Assembly: GCA_963832745.1 (NCBI GenBank)
Contig: CAWHVC010000003.1
Coordinates: forward strand, 480,001-544,000
Reading direction: 5' to 3'
DNA: 64,000 nt
DNA from: Candidatus Bathyarchaeota archaeon
GTDB taxonomy: Archaea; Thermoproteota; Bathyarchaeia; Bathyarchaeales; Bathycorpusculaceae
Made by a program: the position numbers and the translations under genes. A model generated the notes under the pieces. It saw only the letters and a list, made by a program, of their open reading frames with translations. It ran no database searches and had not been told where the DNA came from. This document shows, piece after piece, positions 17,400 through 27,631 of the stretch; within the stretch, counting starts at the first letter, position 1; every line of letters starts with the position of its first letter.

Positions 17400-18927
17400 T
17401 TGTTAATCCTCTTGTTTTTCTATCCCTGCCCGTTTCTATAGTAACTTTCGCTAATTCAAAGAAGTGCTTGCTTCGAAACTGTTTAGGTGTTACTCGCCAT
17501 TCCCAATTACCCATAGGACAACTTGGCATGTTGATTCGCGCTTCAGCACCCAGCGATAGTACATCTTGAATTGGAATAATGCAAAGTTTAGCTTTTGATT
17601 TAAGGGCAAGCTTAATCATTTCTAAACCTGCTTGGGTTTCAGTAACTTTTTTTCCAGTTTGATTGAAAAAGTTTGCTTTCTGAGCGATGGATGCTTCAGT
17701 TTTAAACCAGCCTCTTGCCGTGTTAGTGTCATGCGTGCCAGTGTAAGCCACAGCGTTCACTGGGTGATTGCCTAACGCGTGAGGGTTGTCTTCTGAACCG
17801 TTAAACCCAAAAAGCAGCACTTTCATTCCGGGAACTCCCAAAAAGGCAATAGCTTTTTTTACATTGTCATCGATTGCGCCTAAATCTTCAGCGATGAATG
17901 GTAAGTCAGGAAAACAAGTTCTCAGTTTAGCAAAAAATTTTTGGTATGGCGCTTTGACCCATCTGCCTTTCTTGGCCGTTTTAGCGGACGATGTGACACG
18001 CCAATACGCCACAAAACCCCTGAAATGGTCAAGGCGCAGAAAATCATAAATTTTTAAGCTGTGGACGATTCGTTTTAGCCACCAGTCAAAACCTGTTTTT
18101 TCCATTTTACTCCAGTCATATACTGGGTTGCCCCAAAGTTGGCCGTCATCACTAAAATAGTCAGGTGGGACGCCACCGACAAACCGTGCTTTACCGTCTC
18201 GCTTTAAGCTAAATAGGTCTTGATTCACCCAGACATCAACGCTGTCATGAGCAACATAAAACGGGATGTCTCCAATTATTTGGACCTTTTTTTTGTAGCA
18301 AAACTCTTTCAAGTTCTTCCATTGACTAAAAAAGACGTATTGTACAAACTTTTCAAACTCCATCTCGTCGGTTAACTGTCTTGTTTGGGTTGCTAAGGCC
18401 TCTGGATCTCGGCTTCGTAAATTCTGTGGCCAGTTAATCCATGATTTACCCATCTTAGTCCTTAATGCACTGTAAAGGGCATAATCATCTAGCCAATAAC
18501 AGTTTTCAGAACAAAACGCTTCAAAACTCTGCTCAACACTTAACATTGGATGCGTTTGCTTGAAAAGTTCATAAGCTTCGTGAAGCATGGCTTGCTTAAT
18601 TGCATAAACAGCGCAGTAGTTTATTCGGCTAGTTTGAGGCATAACCGCTTCTCTTAACGTGCCCTTTTCAAGCAATCCTTGTTTGGCTAGCTCTTCAGGG
18701 CTTATCAACAATAGGTTTCCCGCGTAAGCTGAACTTGTTAAGTACGGGGAGTTTCCTGCTTCAAGACTAGTTGGCGAAAGAGGTAAAATACTCCAGTAAT
18801 GCTGACCACACTTGGCAAGTAGTTGAACAAATTTTTGGCTTTCAGATCCAAAATCGCCGATGCCAAACTTTGATGGTAAAGACGCCACTGGCAAAAGAAG
18901 ACCGCTAGCTCTTGAAATACTGCTCAT
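17377..18927 (-). CDS. malQ: 4-alpha-glucanotransferase (GH77)
   Basis: GVPPDYFS, GQLWGNP, RLDHFRG, IAEDLG and YTGTHD. Confidence 0.96.
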   Translation of the reverse strand: MSSISRASGLLLPVASLPSKFGIGDFGSESQKFVQLLAKCGQHYWSILPLSPTSLEAGNSPYLTSSAYAGNLLLISPEELAKQGLLEKGTLREAVMPQTSRINYCAVYAIKQAMLHEAYELFKQTHPMLSVEQSFEAFCSENCYWLDDYALYSALRTKMGKSWINWPQNLRSRDPEALATQTRQLTDEMEFEKFVQYVFFSQWKNLKEFCYKKKVQIIGDIPFYVAHDSVDVWVNQDLFSLKRDGKARFVGGVPPDYFSDDGQLWGNPVYDWSKMEKTGFDWWLKRIVHSLKIYDFLRLDHFRGFVAYWRVTSSAKTAKKGRWVKAPYQKFFAKLRTCFPDLPFIAEDLGAIDDNVKKAIAFLGVPGMKVLLFGFNGSEDNPHALGNHPVNAVAYTGTHDTNTARGWFKTEASIAQKANFFNQTGKKVTETQAGLEMIKLALKSKAKLCIIPIQDVLSLGAEARINMPSCPMGNWEWRVTPKQFRSKHFFELAKVTIETGRDRKTRGLTTIFEAIL

Positions 18928-21473
18928 GTGTTGTCACCTCCGACAAGCAAAGCCACCGGAAAACCCTCTAAAACCTTATTGACAAGTAAACTTCCTGACG
19001 AATGAAAACTTGAACCTGTAAATACTTCCATCCAAGTGGATGATGTATCCGTCGGCAAGTTTATGGCTGTATCTTTCCAATTTACTCTCCATGAACTAAA
19101 CGGTTCAAGCAACTCAACCAAAAATCGTGGAACTACCACAACAACAGAACTATTTTCGTTTTTACGTATGAACGCAAAAACGTGCTCTTTCAAAGTTCCT
19201 TCAACGCTTAATGGGTTGTAGTCGCCCTCTTCAAACAGGCCTTTAAGCCGACGTCGAGTCTGTAGCGCTTTAAAAATTAGATAAATCTTGACTTTTCCTG
19301 ATGTGTAATTTTCCAAAAGCCTTTTCACACTTGATGGCGAGCTTTTTGAAACTTCAGCAAGAAGTTTTTCTCTTTTTTCGTAGTCAACTGGGCGGCGGTT
19401 GTCAGGGTCAACCAAGCTTAGATCCCAAAGCTCTGAACCCTGATAAAAATCTGGGATACCGGGACAAGTGGTTTTTAGAAGAGTTTGTGCTAGCGAGTTG
19501 AAGATTCCATAATATTCGATTTTTTTTTGGAATGGCAGAAAATCGTCAAGAAAGTTGGGGTCCGTTAGGATTTGTCTTGTGAACTTTTCTGCGGCGTTTT
19601 CGTATTGCTTGTTTGGGTTTATCCATGATGTGTGAACTTTTGCTTCTTTTAATGCCTTAATCACAAAAGAGGCGGTTCTCTGGATGAATTCATCTCTTTC
19701 AGTGGTTTCAAAAGGGAATGAACCCAAAATGGATTGGTAAATAAGGTATTCTTCATTACGATTGGGTGCAGGCCAGCCGTTAATGTAGGTTTTATGTTTG
19801 ACGTTGATTTCAGCCCAGTTGGAAATACGCTTTTCTAGTTCTTGCGGAACTTCGCTTAACACATTTAGTCGTGCCCGTGCATCTTCTCCTCTTTTTGTGT
19901 CATGCGTGCTGCTAGCGTTTAACGTTAGAGGCCAACGCATTTGTCTTGCCAAGTTAAACTGGTGAAACTCTTCGGTTGAGCCGCCGAATTTAGCTGGGTC
20001 GCCGCCTACCTCATTAAGCGATATAAACCGGCAGTAACGGTAAAACGTGGTGTCTTCAAGCCCCTTAGCCATGACTGCACCAGTGAATTGCTGCAGCCGC
20101 ATCAACGCATTCAAAGCCGCTCTGTTGACATGGCATTGGTGAAGAATGAACTCGATGGCGCCTAACTCTTCAGCATATTCGTGTTTGCGTTGTTTTGCTT
20201 GCTTTAACGCTGCTTTGAAGTAGCCTTTCTTGTCTATTGGATTTTTTGAGTTTAGGTAAGTGCGGTAGACTGGAAAACAAGCAATTAATGCGGCTATGGC
20301 AAGTGGCATCTTGTTGCTGTCAAACTGGTTGTATCCTAATTTCTGTAGAGTTTGATTAGCCAGACGGGCAATGTTTCTCAGGTCACCCATAAAATAGTTA
20401 TTAATCACAAGGTTTTTGCAATCAAAAAGCAAAGCTTCAAAATCCTGAGTGTTTTCAGTAAAATTTTTGTAAATGTTGTCGATGGCTGTTTCATTGGTTT
20501 GTTTTACAAATAATCTGTTAACAAAGTTAACGAAGTCGTAGCCTGTGTTGCCTTGGATGGGCCAGGATTCAGGCAAGGTTTCGTTGTCGGTTAAGATTTT
20601 TTCTACAAGTAGGTAGGCGTCGGGGGCATGTCTGCGTAGGTTTAGGAGATATTCTTCAGGGTTGTAGATGCCGTCGACGTGGTCTACACGCAAACCTCCA
20701 ATCTTACCAGTGTTAAGCAAATTAAAGATTAACTGATGGGTTTCCTCAAAAACAGTTGGTTCTTCCATCCTTAGGCCGATTAAATCAAGTATGTCAAAGA
20801 ATCTGCGGTAATTAATCTCTTTGAAGGCGTCCCTCCAGTACATGAGCGAGTAAAATTGTTTTGAAAGCAGACTTTTCAGAACCGCAGGGTCATCATTAAC
20901 ACGTTTTACTGTTTGCCCAACGTCTTCTTTTCCTGACAGTTCTTGGATAGACATGCGGTTAACCGGAAAATCTAAACTGTCATATCGAATCTTAACGCTA
21001 AACTCATCATGAACTAAAGTTATTTCACGCTTCTTTATGCATTCGACTAGCTCTTTACCCAAAAAAGGCACAAGAATCCGTCCCTTAAGATTAGTCGAAG
21101 GATGACTCCAGTCGACATCAAAAAACTTATGATATCGTGAATCTGGACCATGCTGTAAGACATCAGAAACCCGTTTGTTCTCCAAAGAATACGCTGCATG
21201 ATTTGGCACGATATCTTGAAGCCAATCTAACCCGTAAGCAGCATTTTCCCTTTTTAGCTCTTCAAAAGCTGCTCTGCCACCTAACTCCGCATTGATTTCA
21301 GTGGGGTCAACTATGTCATAGCCGTGAGTGCTGCCTGCTCTTGCTTTAAAGATTGGAGACGCGTAAATATGCGAAATCCCTAGCTTAGCCAAATATGGCA
21401 CTATCTTTTTGAGTTTTAAGAAATCAAACTCCCTGTTCAATTGAATTCTATAAGTTGCTAAAGGTGTCTTCAA
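18924..21473 (-). CDS. treY: Malto-oligosyltrehalose synthase
   Basis: PLATYRIQ, GSTHGYD, DIVPNH, INYRRFFD, GLRVDHVDG, STHDTKR and SLVDPDNRRPVD. Confidence 0.96.
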   Translation of the reverse strand: MKTPLATYRIQLNREFDFLKLKKIVPYLAKLGISHIYASPIFKARAGSTHGYDIVDPTEINAELGGRAAFEELKRENAAYGLDWLQDIVPNHAAYSLENKRVSDVLQHGPDSRYHKFFDVDWSHPSTNLKGRILVPFLGKELVECIKKREITLVHDEFSVKIRYDSLDFPVNRMSIQELSGKEDVGQTVKRVNDDPAVLKSLLSKQFYSLMYWRDAFKEINYRRFFDILDLIGLRMEEPTVFEETHQLIFNLLNTGKIGGLRVDHVDGIYNPEEYLLNLRRHAPDAYLLVEKILTDNETLPESWPIQGNTGYDFVNFVNRLFVKQTNETAIDNIYKNFTENTQDFEALLFDCKNLVINNYFMGDLRNIARLANQTLQKLGYNQFDSNKMPLAIAALIACFPVYRTYLNSKNPIDKKGYFKAALKQAKQRKHEYAEELGAIEFILHQCHVNRAALNALMRLQQFTGAVMAKGLEDTTFYRYCRFISLNEVGGDPAKFGGSTEEFHQFNLARQMRWPLTLNASSTHDTKRGEDARARLNVLSEVPQELEKRISNWAEINVKHKTYINGWPAPNRNEEYLIYQSILGSFPFETTERDEFIQRTASFVIKALKEAKVHTSWINPNKQYENAAEKFTRQILTDPNFLDDFLPFQKKIEYYGIFNSLAQTLLKTTCPGIPDFYQGSELWDLSLVDPDNRRPVDYEKREKLLAEVSKSSPSSVKRLLENYTSGKVKIYLIFKALQTRRRLKGLFEEGDYNPLSVEGTLKEHVFAFIRKNENSSVVVVVPRFLVELLEPFSSWRVNWKDTAINLPTDTSSTWMEVFTGSSFHSSGSLLVNKVLEGFPVALLVGGDNT

Positions 21474-21475
21474 GA

Positions 21476-23917
21476 CTAATCAAGCCGTATTCCGATTAAC
21501 TCACATAACTGCCGAAAACTTGAAACCCACAACAATGCAGTCTCATCCTTTTGCTGTTTCGTGGACTGAAAAAGCTTTTCTGCAAGTTTAAAGGCGATAT
21601 TTTGCGATTGCCAAAGATTCAAGTTAACGGGGAGTTCATTAATATGTGCAATCAAGTTTGCAATGTATTTGATTTTCTGGGTATCTTTCGGGTTAACCTC
21701 GAGTTTTTTGAATTCTTGGGTAATTTTTTCGCTTGCTTGAAAAGTTAATAGTTCAAAATTCAAATTTACTTCAAAGCTTTTGGCGTTTGCAATCAACTTT
21801 TGCAAGTGATTAATATCCACTTCTTCAGCGGTTAAGGCTTCCTCGATTTCCATTTCCAAAACTATTTCGGCTGCTGAGCGAAATGGTTGTGGCTGGGGAA
21901 TCCTGTTTTCCTTCATAAACCGCATCAGCGCTGAATTGTCTCTGTAAACTATTTCATATAGTTCCCGAGTTTTCTTTAGGCTGCCTTCAACGATAAACTC
22001 CAGTATGCATCTTTGGTCATCTTTGAACATGTCTTTTAAAGAATAATTATTTTCTCCAAAAAATTTGGATAAGGAAATGATCATTTCACTGATTTGTCCT
22101 TTCTCAAAACTTTTTAATAAATCAGTTTTCATCGAGTTGAAACTTTCTTGTTGCATGTTAAGCATCGCTCCACAGCTTACGTTATGGTCGCCAAGCCAAA
22201 TTGCTGCGCATCCAAAAGTTTGTTCGTCAAGAGTTATTCCTGAATAAACTGAAGTATGATTTACGATTAGGCGGAATTTGCCATCATCTCGTCCTTCAAG
22301 ATCTTTATGTATGACTTTGAAATAACAGTTAGGCATCTGCGGGGTTAACATTTTAGTGTTTAAATCAGGCGAAAAAAGCGTTATGATAGTGTTTTGAGCG
22401 CTAATCTTGGCAAAATCAACAATTGATGGCTTAACAAACGTATTATAGACTCTTTCGCCATTTAGAAATTCAACAATGTTGCTTGAAGCTTGAGCAAGCA
22501 TCTTTACGTATTGATCTTCTAAATTTAACCCTAATAGTTCCTTTGCAAGTTGCATAGCTCTAGCCGCATACATCATCACTTGCACGGCTTCTATACCGCT
22601 GATTTCATCAAAAAACCAGCCACAGCTTGTAAAAATCAAAAGTGCATGCCGCTGCATTTCAAGCAGTTTAATTACTCGTCGTTTTTCTAAATCGTTTAAT
22701 GGTTTTTTTGCTTCCTCTTCCAAGAATTCATCTATACATTCTTTTGACCTATCTAAAATCACTTTAATGTAGTTATTACGGGCGTTCCATGGGTCTTTAA
22801 GGTATTCTGTTGCTGCTGTTTCAAATCCGATTGCAAGTTGGTCCCTTAACCAATCCATAGCTTGCCTTAATGGTTTACGCCATGCTTGGTTCCAGTTACG
22901 GTTAGGGTCATTTTTACATCCGCAATCATTTCTCCAACGCTCTATTCCGTGAATGCAACTCCACGAAGTATTTTCGATAATTTCCACTTCAAATTCGGGC
23001 TGATTGTTATCTAAAAATTCAGAAAAATTTGTGATTTTTGCAAGCTCGTTTGCCTCGATATAGTATAGGCAATACGCTAGGGTCATATCACCGTGTGGGT
23101 GATGGTGCCCATAGAGTTCTCCGTCACTTGCTACGCTTTCAATTAGATGTTTTGTGTTTTCACCTTTAAATGAGTCTGCGAGACGTTTGGCAAATGCTTC
23201 ACCGTTATTCAGTAGGTTTCCAAAAGCTATGTCACTGGCTGTTTGCCTGTCAAAAAAGAATAAACAAATGCTTTTTCCCGAAGGCAAATTACATTGGTAA
23301 ACTCTTTTTGGATCAATTTGTTTTTCAGATGAATGCACCCATTTTTTGTCACCTATTTTGCGGTATCTAAGAACTTGGCTTGATGAAAGAATCGTGAATT
23401 TAATTTTATTTTCAGCTAACACTTCAAGCGTTTCAATATCCACTGCTGTTTCAGGAAGCCACATTCCCCAGGGAAACCTGCCAAAGCGTGACTCAAAATC
23501 TTTAATTGCCCATTTAACTTGCGTTTCCTTATCACGACGATTTGCCAAAGGCATAATCATGTGATTATAAACCTGTGCTATTGCCGAGCCATGGCCTGAA
23601 AAGTTTTTCATGCTTTCCTTGTCTGCGTTAAGGATGGATTCGTAAACTGCTGGGTTATGACGCGCTAGCCAATACAGCAAAGTTGGTCCAAAGTTAAAGC
23701 TGATTTTTGAATAATTGTTTATCAAACCTATAATTCGCCATGAAGGGTCCATGATGCGGCTGAATGCGTTTGGGGCATAACATTCAGCGGTTATACGTTC
23801 GTTCCAGTCGTGGTAGGGGGCTGCGGATTCTTGAACTTCAACTTCTTCAAGCCACGGGTTTTCACGTGGAGGCTGATAAAAATGTCCATGAATACAAATG
23901 AATTGGTTACTGTTCAA
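21476..23917 (-). CDS. GH57 family glycoside hydrolase with DUF3536-type C-terminus
   Basis: HGHFYQPPRENPW, GMWLPETAVD, SDGELYGHH, SWSCIHGIERW and FTSCGWFFDE. TTG at 23917 overlaps the treZ stop. Confidence 0.9.
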   Translation of the reverse strand: MNSNQFICIHGHFYQPPRENPWLEEVEVQESAAPYHDWNERITAECYAPNAFSRIMDPSWRIIGLINNYSKISFNFGPTLLYWLARHNPAVYESILNADKESMKNFSGHGSAIAQVYNHMIMPLANRRDKETQVKWAIKDFESRFGRFPWGMWLPETAVDIETLEVLAENKIKFTILSSSQVLRYRKIGDKKWVHSSEKQIDPKRVYQCNLPSGKSICLFFFDRQTASDIAFGNLLNNGEAFAKRLADSFKGENTKHLIESVASDGELYGHHHPHGDMTLAYCLYYIEANELAKITNFSEFLDNNQPEFEVEIIENTSWSCIHGIERWRNDCGCKNDPNRNWNQAWRKPLRQAMDWLRDQLAIGFETAATEYLKDPWNARNNYIKVILDRSKECIDEFLEEEAKKPLNDLEKRRVIKLLEMQRHALLIFTSCGWFFDEISGIEAVQVMMYAARAMQLAKELLGLNLEDQYVKMLAQASSNIVEFLNGERVYNTFVKPSIVDFAKISAQNTIITLFSPDLNTKMLTPQMPNCYFKVIHKDLEGRDDGKFRLIVNHTSVYSGITLDEQTFGCAAIWLGDHNVSCGAMLNMQQESFNSMKTDLLKSFEKGQISEMIISLSKFFGENNYSLKDMFKDDQRCILEFIVEGSLKKTRELYEIVYRDNSALMRFMKENRIPQPQPFRSAAEIVLEMEIEEALTAEEVDINHLQKLIANAKSFEVNLNFELLTFQASEKITQEFKKLEVNPKDTQKIKYIANLIAHINELPVNLNLWQSQNIAFKLAEKLFQSTKQQKDETALLWVSSFRQLCELIGIRLD

Positions 23918-25728
23918 GAGGGTTCCTCCTGGTTTAGGTAGACTGCAAAACACAATCCTGGCATTTTCATGTTTGACAAGGGTTTTTCTGGAAGCCCTAG
24001 TCCTGACCCAGCAAAAAAGGGGTTGGTTGAATCCAAAACTTTTTGGCTGTTAGCTTCAAACTGGATTTGAAGAGTTTGTGTTTCTTTACCCAAATTTGCT
24101 ATAATGTGTGCTTTTGATGTGTTTTTTTGTTTTTCAACCAGCAAAACGTTACCTTGTATATTTACCGTTTTTATTTTTCTGTCTTTATCGACTTGAAAGA
24201 CAGGCACATTTTTCCTTAAACTAATTAACGCTTTGTAGTACTCAGCGATTTTGCTATTTACACCTTGGCTGCGTTTTTCCCATTTAATTTTAGATTTAGT
24301 AAAGCACTCGATGTTTTGAGGGTCCGGCACGTTGCCGGTCCAATGGAAGTCGGTGAATTCCTTCTTTCTTCCTTCCCTAATAGCCTCCCCTAGCCCTTTG
24401 TCTTGGTAATTCGTGAAGAACAAAAAGGGTGTAGTTTCGCCGTATTCTTCCCCCATAAAAATCAGTGGAATATAAGGAGATAGCAAAACCAATCCCGCAG
24501 CAACTTTAGCGGCTTCAAGACCTGAAATCGCTGTTAAGCGGTCACCCTGTAATCGATTTCCTATCTGGTCATGATTCTGGCTAAAAACAACAAGTTTTGA
24601 TGCAGGAATTTGCCGAAATGACTCTTCTGGTTTGCGGCGTCTAAATTCTGGAGGTTTTTTAACGTACACGTAAGCGTCTGTTAAAGCGTCCGCTAAATGC
24701 TCTATTTTGGTAAAGTCTACGTAGTAGCTTCTGTTTTCGCCAGTTAATGCACTGAAAAGGGCGTGATGGTAATCATCTAGCCATTGTGCGTCAAAACCGT
24801 AGCCGCCTGCTTCTGAGGAGGTTAAAACTGTTGGTTCATTGTAGCCTGTTTCCGCAATCATGTACATCTGCCGACCAGTTTCTTGTGAGTATTTTTTTAC
24901 GGCCTGATTCAATTCTGCAAGAAAATGTTTAGGGCTGTTGTCTACTATCCAAAGTATCGCGTCTAACCGAATGCCGTCAATATGATAGTCGCGGAACCAA
25001 TGAAGAGTGTTTTCCAAAAAATAGTTGCGAACACCGCTGCCGTTTGAGCTATCAATATTAAGAGTTGGTCCCCAAGTTGTCATTCGTTTATTGGTGAAGT
25101 AGGGTGCGTAATCTTCTAGAATGTTACCTTCAGGTCCTATGTGATTGTAAACGAAATCAAGAAAAACCGCTAAATGGTGCTTATGGCATTCGTCAACAAG
25201 CGCTTTTAGATCGTCGGGTTCACCATACGTGTTTTGGAGAGCAAACGGGAAAACGCCGTCGTAACCCCAGCCTCTGTTGCCTGAGAACTGTGTAACTGGC
25301 ATCAACTCGACTGCAGTTACTCCAAAATCAGCCAATTCAGCTATCCGTTCTTTCATAGCATTAAGTGTACCCTGGGGTGTGAAAGTTCCCACATGAACCT
25401 CATAGAACACCAAATCTTTAAACTCTAAACCACGCCAAGAATTGTCTTTCCACACATATTTTTCATGGTCAACCACTTTTGAGGGACCGAACACTCCCTT
25501 TGGCTGAAAGTGAGATGCTGGATCTGGTTTGGATGGGTTGGAGTCAAGCTTAAACATGTATTCCAATTTTGGCTCAACTTTTAGCTGTGTTGCCCAGTAA
25601 CCGTTTCCAAGACTTGTCATGTCGACTAATTGTTTACCGTCTTCAAGCGCTAATTTCACGTTAGTGGCGTTTGGAGCCCACACCGTGAATTCGCAGTTAG
25701 GTTGATGATAAATGGCTCCAACGTGCAT
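23914..25728 (-). CDS. treZ: Malto-oligosyltrehalose trehalohydrolase
   Basis: VWAP, DPASHFQP, YEVHVGTF, WGYDGV, VYNHIGPEG, RLDA and QNHDQIGNR. Confidence 0.95.
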   Translation of the reverse strand: MHVGAIYHQPNCEFTVWAPNATNVKLALEDGKQLVDMTSLGNGYWATQLKVEPKLEYMFKLDSNPSKPDPASHFQPKGVFGPSKVVDHEKYVWKDNSWRGLEFKDLVFYEVHVGTFTPQGTLNAMKERIAELADFGVTAVELMPVTQFSGNRGWGYDGVFPFALQNTYGEPDDLKALVDECHKHHLAVFLDFVYNHIGPEGNILEDYAPYFTNKRMTTWGPTLNIDSSNGSGVRNYFLENTLHWFRDYHIDGIRLDAILWIVDNSPKHFLAELNQAVKKYSQETGRQMYMIAETGYNEPTVLTSSEAGGYGFDAQWLDDYHHALFSALTGENRSYYVDFTKIEHLADALTDAYVYVKKPPEFRRRKPEESFRQIPASKLVVFSQNHDQIGNRLQGDRLTAISGLEAAKVAAGLVLLSPYIPLIFMGEEYGETTPFLFFTNYQDKGLGEAIREGRKKEFTDFHWTGNVPDPQNIECFTKSKIKWEKRSQGVNSKIAEYYKALISLRKNVPVFQVDKDRKIKTVNIQGNVLLVEKQKNTSKAHIIANLGKETQTLQIQFEANSQKVLDSTNPFFAGSGLGLPEKPLSNMKMPGLCFAVYLNQEEPS

Positions 25729-25916
25729 TCGTTTAACATTTCCTTTGCTTTGCGAGTTTAACGGCGACTGAAAAGGCAGAAAATTTATGGCTAAAAAACT
25801 GGTGAAATTATTTGCTGGTGATGTTCACCGTTAAAACTCCAACAACATTATTATTGCTGGCAACTAATAATTATTTTGTGTTCTAAGTTTTAGAGGCATT
25901 AACTGACGTTTCTGCG

Positions 25917-27170
25917 GTGTTTTTTATGTTGCGTGTTGAATTAAATAGAAAAATTGCGCTTAATGATTATATTCCGATTGTTGGAGAAAAAGAAGTTGAA
26001 GATGTTAAAGCTATAGCTGAACAGCTTAAAGGCACTTCAGTTACGCATGTCAACTCTACTGCTTTCGGTGGCGGAGTGGCTGAAATTCTGCATAGTATGA
26101 TTCCACTTATGCGGGATGCAGGCTTAGAGGTGCATTGGGAAGTTATTCATGGTGACATGCCGTTTTTCAATATTACCAAAAAAATCCATAACTCGTTGCA
26201 AGGTGCTAATCTGATTTTAAGCAAAGAGGAAGAGCACATTTATCTTGAATACAACCGAATAAACAGTGAATCCACAAATTTAGATTCTGATATTGTGATG
26301 GTGCATGATAACCAGCCAGCAGCTATTATACAGTTTTATCCTAACAAAAAAAGCAAATGGATATGGCGTTGCCATGTTGATCTTTCGACTCCTAACTTGG
26401 CAGTTTGGAATTTCCTTGAACAATACATCCGTCAGTATGACGCAGCAATTTTCACAGCTAAAGAATACGTTGTTCCAAGTCTAAATGTTCCAACGCTTAC
26501 AATCAGACCGCCCTCAATTAATCCTCTCAGCGAAAAAAACCGAGATTTAACAGAAACTGAAATTTTATCAATACTAGAGCGTTATGATGTTAAACCTAAC
26601 CAGCCGATTATTACTCAAGTTGCACGGTTTGACCCTTGGAAGGATCCTTCAGGCGCAATTGATGTTTACCGACTTGTTAAAAAGGAGATTCCCAATGTGC
26701 AATTGCTACTGATTGCGGGAATGGCTGCTGATGACCCGGAAGGTTGGCTGTATTTTGAAAAAACTGCCCGTCACGCCTGTGAAGATTCTGACGTATATTT
26801 GCTTACAGATTTGAAAGGTGTTAAAGATTTTGAGGTTAACGCTTTTCAGCGAGCTTCGCAAGTGATTTTGCAGATGTCGACTCGTGAAGGTTTCGGGTTA
26901 ACTGTCACTGAAGCCCTTTGGAAGGGTGTTCCAGTGGTGGCAAGGCATGTCGGTGGGATTCCTCTTCAAATTCAAGATGGCACAACCGGTTTCCTGGTTG
27001 ATACGGTTGAGCAGGCTGCTGAACGTACTATTTGTTTGTTAAAGAATCCTGAGATGGCAAGGCAGATTGGTAAAAATGGTAAAGAGTTTGTGAGGGAAAA
27101 CTTTTTGATAATAAAACATTTGAGAGACTATTTTACGCTGTTTACTGAATTGCTTAAATGTGAACCATAA
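25917..27170 (+). CDS. treT: Trehalose glycosyltransferring synthase (GT4)
   Basis: HVNSTAFGGGVAEIL, WRCHVD, RFDPWKD and REGFGLTVTEALWKG. Confidence 0.93.
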   Translation: MFFMLRVELNRKIALNDYIPIVGEKEVEDVKAIAEQLKGTSVTHVNSTAFGGGVAEILHSMIPLMRDAGLEVHWEVIHGDMPFFNITKKIHNSLQGANLILSKEEEHIYLEYNRINSESTNLDSDIVMVHDNQPAAIIQFYPNKKSKWIWRCHVDLSTPNLAVWNFLEQYIRQYDAAIFTAKEYVVPSLNVPTLTIRPPSINPLSEKNRDLTETEILSILERYDVKPNQPIITQVARFDPWKDPSGAIDVYRLVKKEIPNVQLLLIAGMAADDPEGWLYFEKTARHACEDSDVYLLTDLKGVKDFEVNAFQRASQVILQMSTREGFGLTVTEALWKGVPVVARHVGGIPLQIQDGTTGFLVDTVEQAAERTICLLKNPEMARQIGKNGKEFVRENFLIIKHLRDYFTLFTELLKCEP

Positions 27171-27181
27171 AAAGGGGTTGT

Positions 27182-27475
27182 TTAACCCATAATGGTTGGG
27201 TGCTCGTCTTCCTCGTCGATGTGATGCATAACGTGGAGTCCTAAGCCTGTTGCTGCACCTGCTGAAAGTCCAATCAGTAAATTGTTTAAGGGTGCGTAGC
27301 TGCCGACTAAGCCGATAATTACTAGAATATCAAAGCCTACAGCAACTCCCAAGTAGCCTACGCACCACATTTTAACGCTCATACCTCTTGGCTTGTTTAT
27401 TCCGATTCCGCCAAGTATTCCTAACATAATTAGAAAACCGATTAAGGCGTAAATTAAGTCAAAGCTTAAATCCAA
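27182..27475 (-). CDS. Small three-TM membrane protein
   Basis: 97 aa with three hydrophobic segments; GGTGA RBS upstream; His/acidic tail HVMHHIDEEDEH. Confidence 0.7.
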   Translation of the reverse strand: MDLSFDLIYALIGFLIMLGILGGIGINKPRGMSVKMWCVGYLGVAVGFDILVIIGLVGSYAPLNNLLIGLSAGAATGLGLHVMHHIDEEDEHPTIMG

Positions 27476-27631
27476 ACATTTTCACCTGTTATTGTCTGCC
27501 TATGTTCACATTGGGGCTTAATTAGTTTATCGAATTCATCTCTAACTTGAAGATGTAACATCTTTTAGCAACTGATATACTGCTACCTTAAATACAATCA
27601 ACACTTTTTTATCCAACTTATTTGGGTAGGA

